Part shown: piece after piece, positions 53,823-62,874 of the stretch | How the letters are laid out: each line of letters opens with the position of its first letter | Position numbering within the stretch: position 1 is the first letter of the stretch | NCBI GenBank assembly: GCA_001771135.1 | Contig: MESW01000003.1 | Span: 235,786-299,785 of the forward strand | Reading direction: 5' to 3' | DNA from: a candidate division CPR3 bacterium GWF2_35_18 | Lineage (GTDB): Bacteria > Patescibacteriota > CPR3 > GWF2-35-18 | DNA length: 64,000 nucleotides | The notes under the pieces: model-generated | The model's database searches: none | What the model saw: only the letters and a program-made list of their open reading frames with translations | Told to the model about the DNA's origin: nothing | Translations under genes and position numbers: made by a program

Positions 53823-56135
53823 CTATTTCAATACTCCAATAATATCAACCTTACCTCCACAGAAACGAGTAATAAACTCAACGCTTAACTGTAAAGCTTC
53901 CCAGACTTTTTGCGGAGCAACTTCATATACCCCATCAACGTTAATCCAAATATCCCTAGTATCATCTTTTACCAAAGTTCTCTGCGCATCACGATAGTTA
54001 AAATCTAAATTATAAGGCCCTTTTTTATCAAAATAACAGATCTCCCCATTTTTTAGAACAGTTTCTTTTTCGTCTCCATGTAGTAAAATTTTCTCCCCAC
54101 CGGAAGCTGCTTTTAAAAGTGTTGGAAATTGAATATTCTGAAGATCAAAAGCTCCCACGGAAACATGTGTTTTCATCACGACTAGGTTATACGCATCTAC
54201 AAGAGTATTTACACTATATAGCTCTTTGCCTTGCGCCAGTCGTCGTAACAAAGCCTCAGGAGAAGGTCGTCGACTATGCCAGTCAACTCCCATTGCGCGA
54301 TAAAGTTTACGATAACTTAGCAAATTTGGTGATTCTTTTAAACTTTCAACCGTAATCTTACTTAAAGATGCCAGAAATTCTTTTTTGAACTCTGTAAGTT
54401 CTGGTAAAGTTTTGACTATTTTGACGTCTCTAATAATTGCAACTCCCACAGAAATTGAGGGATACTTTTCTTGTAACGATGGATCAATCTGAATTAAATC
54501 TGTATTTCGAAAAAGAGCAAGATCAGAAATAGTTTTTGCTTTTTCTTTATTAACTTTAACGTTTTTAAATTTCTCTGCCACTAAATCTAAATCTTGACTC
54601 AAGATTAAAGCACCTGCCTTAGGACCATATTCTTTACCCAATAATGATTGATAAATAGCAGAAAAAGTTTCTTTAGGTTTAAGGTTTTGACTTTTTCCTA
54701 ACTGATACAAATGATTTTGTATTTCTGTGTCTGATTTAGGATTAACCTTTAGTTCTTTAACATACCCGCTTGCTAAGCTCAAAAAGGCAGTTTGTTCATT
54801 TGATAATCTTGATATAACTGATATTGGGGTATCTTTTTTTACTTCTAATCTAAAATCTTCCGGAGCGTAATTTTTGAGCCACATCTCTGCATACTGTTTT
54901 CGTTCTTTCAGAATATCCAGTTCGACTTTGGTAAGTTTGGCTCTTTTTTCCTTGGCAAAAAAATCAGCTAAAAACTCTACTTTCGGATCTTGAATCGCTT
55001 TCGCGATATCTAAAAATCTCGGAAGAAATTTTGGAGTTTGATAATCTTTTTTATCGTCAATCTGCGCTACTTCATAAATCCGGCCAAAATCATCTGTATT
55101 ACCCTGCTCCCAATAAACATGAGCACAGCGATCATACTCATCAAAAAGATCCGGAATTGTCATACCTTCGGGATCAAAATTGGCTTGTCTGTTATAACGA
55201 TTGCGGGCAAATAGAAATCGTCCAATTGTCGGCGGAAATATTTTTACAAATTCCGAAGCTGAAGTTCCCACACCTTTTGAAGAGGACATCTTCTTCCCTT
55301 TAATCAGAAACCATTCATATGGAATATCGTAAGGATTGGGATAATTATAAACGTCTTTGAGGATTTGCACTGCCATATCGCGAGAACCACCGGCTGAAGA
55401 GTGATCCTTACCTGCGCCTTCGACTGTAATCCCGACTGTCTTCCAATGAGCCGGCCAATCTACCTTCCACATTAGTTTACCGGTACCATTAAATGGTGAA
55501 ACCTTTCCCTCATAACCACAACCTATTGCCCATTTCACCAAATTAGGTACACAGCGGAATGAAACTTCTTTTCCATCCCAATCAAAGACTTCAGTTGTCC
55601 CCACTTTTCCACATTTTGGACAAACAGGCTGAAAAGGATACCAATGTTTTGGTTTATCATAATTACCGACTTCTTTATAAATAAGACGAATCAAATCAAC
55701 TTTATCCAAAGCGGTTTTAATGGCATCATTCATCTTCCCTGATTGATACAGTTCATGTGACCAAAGTATTTCCGGCTTCGCTCCCAACTTTTGCATCGCT
55801 TCAATAAATTCATACGCATACTGATGCCCAAGGCTTTTAGATTTTTTATCCGGCGAGGGAATTGTGAAAAGTGGTTTCCCCATATGTTTCTCATATTCTT
55901 TTTGATCAAGGTAAGAAGGTAAGCCATCCATAGGATCAAAATCATTAAACACGTAGGTATACTTCGCCTTAACTCCCAGGTAAAGTAATGATTTATAGAT
56001 AAAGTCATGAAGAAGCACTCCAACCAAAGAACCCACATGAATCCGACCGGAAGGCGTCTTCATATCATCAACCCACTGGAGTGGTTCACGTCGAGTATTT
56101 TTTATTTCTGTAGCAAGTTTATCAGCCCAAAACAA
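53823..56135 (-). CDS. lysK: Class I lysyl-tRNA synthetase fused to a C-terminal B3/4 (PheRS-beta editing-type) domain. TTG start.
   Basis: MFWADKL..PSGRIHVGSLVG (HIGH region), KMSSSKGVG (KMSKS). The C-terminal approximately 250 aa, ...PNLLSYRKLYRAMGVD..RPSPEALLRRLAQGKELYSVNTLVDAYNLVVMKTHVSVGAFDL...GGEKILLHGDEK..., match B3/4-domain hallmarks. Single uninterrupted 770-aa frame. Confidence 0.8.
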   Translation of the reverse strand: MFWADKLATEIKNTRREPLQWVDDMKTPSGRIHVGSLVGVLLHDFIYKSLLYLGVKAKYTYVFNDFDPMDGLPSYLDQKEYEKHMGKPLFTIPSPDKKSKSLGHQYAYEFIEAMQKLGAKPEILWSHELYQSGKMNDAIKTALDKVDLIRLIYKEVGNYDKPKHWYPFQPVCPKCGKVGTTEVFDWDGKEVSFRCVPNLVKWAIGCGYEGKVSPFNGTGKLMWKVDWPAHWKTVGITVEGAGKDHSSAGGSRDMAVQILKDVYNYPNPYDIPYEWFLIKGKKMSSSKGVGTSASEFVKIFPPTIGRFLFARNRYNRQANFDPEGMTIPDLFDEYDRCAHVYWEQGNTDDFGRIYEVAQIDDKKDYQTPKFLPRFLDIAKAIQDPKVEFLADFFAKEKRAKLTKVELDILKERKQYAEMWLKNYAPEDFRLEVKKDTPISVISRLSNEQTAFLSLASGYVKELKVNPKSDTEIQNHLYQLGKSQNLKPKETFSAIYQSLLGKEYGPKAGALILSQDLDLVAEKFKNVKVNKEKAKTISDLALFRNTDLIQIDPSLQEKYPSISVGVAIIRDVKIVKTLPELTEFKKEFLASLSKITVESLKESPNLLSYRKLYRAMGVDWHSRRPSPEALLRRLAQGKELYSVNTLVDAYNLVVMKTHVSVGAFDLQNIQFPTLLKAASGGEKILLHGDEKETVLKNGEICYFDKKGPYNLDFNYRDAQRTLVKDDTRDIWINVDGVYEVAPQKVWEALQLSVEFITRFCGGKVDIIGVLK

Positions 56136-56589
56136 AGTAAGTTGTCAGTAATTAGTAATCGGTGTCTTATAAAAAAACCCGAAAACCAATACTTAACCTC
56201 CACTAAAATCTTTATTGATAACTGTTTCCTATCATACCAAAAGCTTGATCCAAAAACCAGAGCAAAATATTTACAATTTATTTTCTAGTTTTTGTAATTG
56301 TCGGACAAAAAACAAAAAGTTCTTGACGGCAATATACCCTGTAGATTATTATACCTATAGTTGATCTATTTTAGATCAACTTTTTCATTGCACATCAAAA
56401 GCTGCTTATCCCCAAAAAGCAATCTGGAAGAAGATTTCTATTGAGACTAATTGAATAAAATTTGACTGTCATTTTGACTGAAACTGAGAGATTAATTATC
56501 TGTTAATTTTTCTGTTCCGTCAAAATGACCTTAAAAAAGGCATTTTCAATTTTTGCTTACTAGTGAGTTTTTATACTCGAAAGGAGAAT

Positions 56590-57700
56590 TCTGTTGAAAG
56601 GAGGTGAGGCTGGCTATGAACGCCAATAATACCGTGTGATACTACCTGGCGCCCGCCCCTAGAGGTCACATACCCCGATGGGGCAAATACTCCTAAAGAG
56701 GAGTTCATCTAACCTTTGGTATCGACTGCGCGATCGCGGTACGATGTAATGACCAAAGGATCTTAGTCAGCTAAGTGAGTGGACATGCGTCCTGCTTTTT
56801 CATACTGGCTGACGCCATTTTTCTTTTTGCTAAGGTCCGCGGAGACCTGGAGGCCGACAATGAGTGCACAGATCTTGTGGCTCGATATCTGTATCGGCAA
56901 GTTGTTCATGGCCCGCGTCTTCCGGGATGGTTGCACAACGGTTGAATCCGTTTCGTCTGCCCGGAGCATCTGTGGCCAAATCACCCCCGCGGACACACGA
57001 TGGTATCGCCCAACCTCACGCCCGGAGGGAATTAACCCGACTATCGCCGGGTTTGGCTAGCAGGACTATCTGTGTATCTTTGCGCAAACGCGCTCAATAG
57101 ACGCCCAGTGGGCTGAAATTGTTGCGTCCATGCGCTGCGGATTATCAATCTATTAGTAAGGAGGTGCTCTATCTTCGATACTAACAAGATTCACTCGCTC
57201 GTGTTGGATCTTTCGAAAAGAAAGTTGTGATTCAATCAACTGTGTTTAATCGGCAAAAACTGGAGATCGATCACTCGAAATGTTGAATACCAATAATGTA
57301 CACTCACACCTGTCGCCTTTGACCGCCGATGATCTGCACCTGACCGTCAACCGCCGCGCCGACTACAACCTGAGCCAGTAGCCCAACGATCAATTGCTAC
57401 TGCGAGGTTTTTCGCGAGGTTTGACTAACTCACTTACATTGACCTTGGAGAGGGATATGAGGGACTCATGTCCCTCTCCATGCATTCTCTTGGCCGACGC
57501 GCCAAGATTCAGGGGGAAACAAGGGAGAGACAATTTTTAGACGAGATGGGAATACATTTTTCTGGGGGATTTAAAGTTCTACCCGCCTACCGGTCCGCCG
57601 GAGCCACTTTTACCCACAATCCACAGATTACCAAACCCATCTCGTCTCTCCCAACTCTTTCAAAAACTAATTCCAAATCAACAATATAATATTTCTCGTG
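56590..57700. other. GC-rich approximately 1.1-kb island inside a 1.77-kb gene-free gap. It contains hairpins, a strong SD plus a 7-codon mini-ORF, and short GC3-biased ORF fragments. Candidate foreign-origin or decayed DNA, or a structured RNA.
   Basis: Base composition is visibly about 50 percent GC or more, against an approximately 33 percent background. No ORF exceeds 93 aa. Third-codon-position G/C enrichment is seen in several short frames. Confidence 0.5.
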
Positions 57701-57907
57701 TTATTTTGAGCTCTTATTTATTTATATTTTCACCATGTGGAAGAGTCTAGAAATTCACAATGAACGGAACGTCAAAAAAATGCTCTTGTTTGAGTTCGTC
57801 AAAGGCGACGAGTTAGCTTTTTAGTGGAGTGAGTTGATGAATTTCTTGACGATATAACCTAGTGATGCTTTTTGACTCCAGCTTTTGGCATCGCAAAAGA
57901 TGGAAAA

Positions 57908-59017
57908 TTATCTTAATCTTTTAAAAATCTCGGTATAAACTTTTTCCACATATTCTAATTCTTTAACTTCAACATATTCATCGACTTGATGTGCCTGTAC
58001 AATACTTCCGGCTCCAAAAACAATTGTATTTATACCTGCTTCTTGTAAATCTGCCGCTTCCGTGTAGTATCGGGCTCCAGTTAGTGTAATCTGCGAATCA
58101 ACTTTTTTAATTATTTCAATCATCGAATGGTTATCAACACCCGCTTGAAATGAAGGAAATTTATAAATCTGTTCCACCCTAACTTTATCTTTCAAGACCT
58201 CATCCGTATTCACTAAATTTTGGACTCCCCACAAAATCTGATCCGCATTATATTCTGGAATATAACGAAAATCAATTTTGACTTCACAATAATCTGGAAC
58301 AGTATTTAATACCGAAGTATCTTTTCCACCCTGAATATAACCGATACTAGAAACTCCATTACCCAAAAACTCGTTTTGCTCTTTTTGTAAAATATTAACA
58401 TAGTACTCTTGAAATATATTTAAAAAGTGATTCGCCAGATAGATACTGTTTTCTCCTTCTTCCGGACGCGAAGAATGTACAGATTTTCCTATAAAAGAAA
58501 CTTTCAATCCCGTAATTCCCATGTGCGCAACCAGAATCTCGCGATCAGTTGGTTCGGCAACAAGAGCTTCCTCAATATTTTTATGAAAATCACTTTCAAT
58601 AAAAACCTTAATTCCTTTTCCGGTTTGTTCTTCATCAGCGCTAAAAAGAAAAAGGCAGTTTTCCGGTTTGTTTTTTAAAATCGCTCCAGCTATTGCGGCC
58701 AGAGAACCTTTATTATCACAAGCTCCTCGACCATAAAGTTTTCCGTTCTGAATCTTTCCAGAAAATGGGTCATATAACCATTTGTTTTTATCACCAACAG
58801 ATACGGTATCAAGATGCACATTAAAAAGATATCTTGGTCTTACGCCAAAATAAACAAGCAAATTACTCCGATTATTCTCAAAGCTTTGGATAATACATTT
58901 GCCTTTCGTATTCTTCTCAAAAAAATCTTGCAGATATTCTACAACTTTTATTTCATTTCCGGGTGGGTTCTGACTATCGATCGCAATTAAATTTTGGAGG
59001 ATCTTAACTGTTTTCAT
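57908..59017 (-). CDS. M20-family metallopeptidase/deacylase (ArgE/DapE/YodQ-like)
   Basis: HLDTVSVGD, GRGACDNKGSLAA and SADEEQTG metal-binding motifs. Confidence 0.8.
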   Translation of the reverse strand: MKTVKILQNLIAIDSQNPPGNEIKVVEYLQDFFEKNTKGKCIIQSFENNRSNLLVYFGVRPRYLFNVHLDTVSVGDKNKWLYDPFSGKIQNGKLYGRGACDNKGSLAAIAGAILKNKPENCLFLFSADEEQTGKGIKVFIESDFHKNIEEALVAEPTDREILVAHMGITGLKVSFIGKSVHSSRPEEGENSIYLANHFLNIFQEYYVNILQKEQNEFLGNGVSSIGYIQGGKDTSVLNTVPDYCEVKIDFRYIPEYNADQILWGVQNLVNTDEVLKDKVRVEQIYKFPSFQAGVDNHSMIEIIKKVDSQITLTGARYYTEAADLQEAGINTIVFGAGSIVQAHQVDEYVEVKELEYVEKVYTEIFKRLR

Positions 59018-60306
59018 TTTTTCCTTCTTTTTAATCTCGCTAAATTCTGCGGAACTAGATTGACTTCTCCGCTTTCGGTAAGTAGTTTTGCAACACCAAT
59101 AGTATTTTTATAATCGACTGGATCGCTGTATTTTTTTATATCTAGAGGTAAAGTATGCGTATAATTAGTCGGTTCTGTATAGTTAAATATTAAACCTTCA
59201 TAATTACGGAGCGCGATTTTGTGATTACTCTGGGATAGAACATAATTTGGCATTACTGGAACTTTTCCACCACCACCAATGCCATCGATGACAAAAGTCG
59301 GTACCGCAAAACCGCTGGTGTGACCGCGCAAATTTTCAATAATCTCTATTCCTTCTGATACTTTGGTTCGAAAATGCTCAAGCCCTTGGCTCAAATCACA
59401 TTGATAGATATAGTATGGACGCACGCGATTGACAACTAGCAATTTCACTAGTTTTTTATAAATCAGAGGGTGGTTATTTACCCCACGAAGTAAAACACTC
59501 TGATTGCCAAGAGGAATCCCCGCATCAGCGAGTTTTTGACAAGCTTCTGCCGAAAGATCAGTCATCTCACGCGGATGATTAAAATGAGTATTAATCCAAA
59601 GCGGATGATATTTCTTCAGTATATTACAAAGATTGTCAGTAATTCTCATAGGCATCGTAACTGGCACTCGAGTACCAATACGAATAATTTCTAAGTGATC
59701 AATCACTCGTAATTCTTTCAAAATTACTTCCAGATGATCGTCTGATAAAGTCAAAGGGTCTCCTCCAGAAATAAGGACATCACGAATTGTTTCTCTCTTG
59801 CGAATATACTCTATGGCTTTTTTGATCTTTGACATCGGGGTAGGAATATCTGTTTCTCCCGCATGACGCCTACGGGTACAATGTCGACAATACATCGCAC
59901 ATTGGTAGGTCACGTAAATAATAAGACGATCAGGGTAACGATGAGTTAAGATTCCTTCCAGACCCGGAACAGGACAATCTGCTTCTTCATGCAAAGGATC
60001 TTTACAATCAGTTTTTTTGATATCGGTTTCCGCTAAAGTCGGAATTGCCTGCATTCGAATTGGATCGTTGACTTCATTAGAATCAATTTGCGAAAGATAA
60101 TATGGAGTTATCGCCATCCGTAAAATCTTCAAAGAATCGCTGATTTCCTTTGTAGCTTTGTCACTTAAACCTAAAATCTCCTGTAGTTCTTTAGGATCAG
60201 TAACTCGGTTATTTAGCTGCCAATTATAATCATTCCAATCTCTATCACAAACTTTAAGCCAATATTTATGTTTTTTGGCTTTGGTGAAGAAAAATTTTCT
60301 AGGCAT
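59014..60306 (-). CDS. kamA: Lysine 2,3-aminomutase (radical SAM, KamA family)
   Basis: CAMYCRHCTRRR CxxxCxxC cluster. The N-terminal KYWLKVCDRDWNDYNWQLNNRV is collinear with B. subtilis KamA. 430 aa. Confidence 0.85.
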   Translation of the reverse strand: MPRKFFFTKAKKHKYWLKVCDRDWNDYNWQLNNRVTDPKELQEILGLSDKATKEISDSLKILRMAITPYYLSQIDSNEVNDPIRMQAIPTLAETDIKKTDCKDPLHEEADCPVPGLEGILTHRYPDRLIIYVTYQCAMYCRHCTRRRHAGETDIPTPMSKIKKAIEYIRKRETIRDVLISGGDPLTLSDDHLEVILKELRVIDHLEIIRIGTRVPVTMPMRITDNLCNILKKYHPLWINTHFNHPREMTDLSAEACQKLADAGIPLGNQSVLLRGVNNHPLIYKKLVKLLVVNRVRPYYIYQCDLSQGLEHFRTKVSEGIEIIENLRGHTSGFAVPTFVIDGIGGGGKVPVMPNYVLSQSNHKIALRNYEGLIFNYTEPTNYTHTLPLDIKKYSDPVDYKNTIGVAKLLTESGEVNLVPQNLARLKRRKK

Positions 60307-60416
60307 ATAATCTCCTTCAAATAATCCGCTTTCTGGCGAACTAAATCCTAAACCCTAAGATCTAAACATACCTGCTTAGATCCTAGATCTTATAATTTAG
60401 TATTGATTGGAGCTTA

Positions 60417-60478
60417 GGGGATTGGTGTTTTTCTGTCAAGAAAAAATGATGCGATGCATCCACCAATCCCCTTTTTTG
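60417..60478 (+). terminator. Strong hairpin (11-bp perfect stem GGGGATTGGTG/CACCAATCCCC, 33-nt loop) followed by TTTTTT. There is no plus-strand gene upstream.
   Basis: Read from the sequence. The loop contains TTGACA on the minus strand. Confidence 0.4.
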
Positions 60479-60495
60479 TATCTCTCTGCTCCCTT

Positions 60496-61047
60496 TTAAG
60501 TTTTTTTAGACCAGTTGGCCTTGAGTAACCGACATGCGCCATCAGCTTTAGTGCAATCAACTCCTAACTCTCCACTGCAACAACAAGTTGTTGCTCGAAT
60601 AGCAAGAGGCAATGATGTAAAATCCCACATGGCCATTCCGCCATGAATTAAAGCGGTTATTGCTTTCGAAGTTTTAGCTGTCGCAATAATGCGATGTTTG
60701 CCATTTAATGTCAAAGCTATTCGAACTAATTCCGTTCCGATACCAAGTCCTTGATATTGTGAAAAAACTCCCAGAGTTCCAAGCTCTAGAACACCTTCCA
60801 CTTTAAGATCCCAAAGAGTCACAAAACCAACAAGCTCTAACCCTTCAGGTCTTTCTATGACAGCGGCCACAGTCGCCTCTTTTTTGAGCTGCGGCATAAT
60901 TTCTGCCGGAGCTTTAACTAGCATAATACCTTGATATTCGCGAGTCATTCTGGAAACCTCTTCGGCAATACGAAGGTGATGCTCTGGTGGAATTTGCATC
61001 CCATGAAGAAATTTAACACCATCCACTTTTTCTCTCCTTCTGCTCAT
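60496..61047 (-). CDS. GNAT acetyltransferase (beta-lysine acetyltransferase YodP/AblB-like by context)
   Basis: QYQGLGIGTELVRIAL acetyl-CoA-binding motif. Located next to kamA. Cys-rich C-terminal tail. Confidence 0.65.
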   Translation of the reverse strand: MSRRREKVDGVKFLHGMQIPPEHHLRIAEEVSRMTREYQGIMLVKAPAEIMPQLKKEATVAAVIERPEGLELVGFVTLWDLKVEGVLELGTLGVFSQYQGLGIGTELVRIALTLNGKHRIIATAKTSKAITALIHGGMAMWDFTSLPLAIRATTCCCSGELGVDCTKADGACRLLKANWSKKT

Positions 61048-61710
61048 TTAGAGCAATTTCAAACAGAATGTGCAAGTAATTTAAGCCTACTGGCTTTGTT
61101 CCAACAAAGTTAGATTGAAGCTGTTTCACTCCAATTTTGTGAGAACAACAAAAAACCCGTAAGCTCCAGATTGAACAGGATTTGACGGGTAAAAAAAGTC
61201 TATACGCAAAAAACCGCCTTCTGCTCAATCCGAGAGTCTTACCATCCGTATAGGTGACAAAATTGATCCCAGATTGAGTAGAAGACGGTCTTTAATAAAA
61301 GAACGTGGTACCACTTCTACTTTAAACAGCATTTTAATGTATATTGCTGTTTCTTATAAACCACGCAAGAATTAAAGAATTCTATCAATGGTTTTGGTGT
61401 TGATAACGGACACTTTCCGTTCAGTTCTACTTTCCTAATATATTAGGATTTCTTCTGACAACGCTCCTTAAAAATTCCATTAATAAATGGATCAAGGGAT
61501 GAAGAATCTTTTCAGAAAGAAAGTAATGTTATCTGGCTTACACTAAATTTCCAGACTCGCTATAACTACTTTAGTCTATCCTACTTGTTTCTTATGATTA
61601 CGTCTTTAATTCAATTTTTAACGAGGTACTAATTATATGCTTAACTTCTAACAAATGCAATTTAGTTTTTGAAGTTTACTACTAATATTAAGAATCTGCA
61701 ATCAAATTTT

Positions 61711-62178
61711 CTAACTAATTGCAATAATACGATATTTGATCCTTCCAAGCGGAGCATCTATTTCAACTGTATCTCCAATTTTCTTCCCAAGAAGAGCTTT
61801 TCCAAGAGGTGATTCGTGTGATATTTTTTGTTTTTTGGGATCAGCTTCCGGAGCTCCTACAATATGAAATTCTTCCTCCGTTCCATCAATGTGTAATTTT
61901 ACTTTAGAACCCAATATAACTACTCCGTTGTGATTTTTAACAGCAATCACTTTGGCATTACGAAGAATCTCTTCAAGCTCTTCAATTCGACCTTCAATAA
62001 AAGATTGCTCTTCACGAGCTGTCTGCCAAGCAGAGTTTTCAGAAAGATCACCCAATTCTCTAGCCGCGGTTAATTTTTTTACAACCTCTTTTCGCTTAAC
62101 GTTTGTGAGTTCTTCATATTCTTTTTTCAGTTTTTCAAGGCCTTCTTTGGTTACAAAAACATCATTTTGCTGATTCAT
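61711..62178 (-). CDS. greA: Transcription elongation factor GreA
   Basis: N-terminal coiled coil VTKEGLEKLKKEYEEL plus a C-terminal FKBP-like domain. 155 aa. Confidence 0.9.
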   Translation of the reverse strand: MNQQNDVFVTKEGLEKLKKEYEELTNVKRKEVVKKLTAARELGDLSENSAWQTAREEQSFIEGRIEELEEILRNAKVIAVKNHNGVVILGSKVKLHIDGTEEEFHIVGAPEADPKKQKISHESPLGKALLGKKIGDTVEIDAPLGRIKYRIIAIS

Positions 62179-62316
62179 TTTAAATATCTCCTTTTAATCT
62201 AGTTTTCATAAAAAAATCCCCGAATAAATTAAATTGGGGAAATCATTTATCTTAAGTCTGGTATATATATAATATCTTAATACTCCCTGTCAACAACTCT
62301 TATTTTGAGGTCAATG

Positions 62317-62865
62317 TTATTCTTCAAAAAACGATTCTGACTGAAAAATCATGATCTGAACATCTTGTGACTTCCATGCATTTTTTGGTAAACCTGCTTT
62401 CTCTGTACATAAAGCATTCATAAACTCCGCTAGATTCCAACCTGTTTCTGTCGCAACTTGAGGTAAAAAAACTCCTTTTCTATATCCATCTGAAACAATA
62501 ACTCCGTCGATTCCCAGCCTAATTTTGTATGGATCATCGATTTTCCGTAAAGGAGAAAGAACGGAAATTTCAATTTTTATTTTTGATAGTTCAGAAGCAG
62601 TTAGGGGGGGGAAACGTGAATCTTCAAATGCTGCCGCCTCCGCCATCTCTTCTAGAACTTCTCGTAGTGATTTTACCCCTTCGATGAAACCAATACACCC
62701 TCGCAGATTTTCGTCTTTTTTTAAGGTCACAAAAACACCTCTCTTTTCTTTCATAATTGGGTCGTTAATTACAACCTTTGGTGAGGACTTTAATCCAAGC
62801 CTACTCTCAATCACTTGACGAGTAAACTCTAACATCTTTTGTTGGGTGTGTTTTGAAATATTCAT
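62317..62865 (-). CDS. AMMECR1-domain protein (AmmeMemoRadiSam system protein A-like)
   Basis: RGCIGFIEG...AAFEDSRFPPL AMMECR1 motif. Confidence 0.85.
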   Translation of the reverse strand: MNISKHTQQKMLEFTRQVIESRLGLKSSPKVVINDPIMKEKRGVFVTLKKDENLRGCIGFIEGVKSLREVLEEMAEAAAFEDSRFPPLTASELSKIKIEISVLSPLRKIDDPYKIRLGIDGVIVSDGYRKGVFLPQVATETGWNLAEFMNALCTEKAGLPKNAWKSQDVQIMIFQSESFFEE

Positions 62866-62874
62866 ATTATCAAG

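Noticed and set aside
56936-56975. tRNA- or tmRNA-like T-arm (AACGG-TTGAATC-CCGTT) inside the GC-rich island
   Set aside because: The loop has G where the invariant C is expected. There is no acceptor stem, CCA context or tag reading frame. The match is probably coincidental.
56779-57060. The 93-aa ORF and other 60-90-aa ORFs in the GC-rich island as real genes
   Set aside because: They mutually overlap in different frames and have no recognisable family. Their GC3 bias suggests relic coding sequence from a donor rather than intact genes. They are noted in the findings, not called as CDS.
57160-57180. TAAGGAGGTG, which resembles the 16S rRNA 3' end on the minus strand
   Set aside because: The neighbouring sequence does not match any conserved 16S block. 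It is an isolated SD-like motif.
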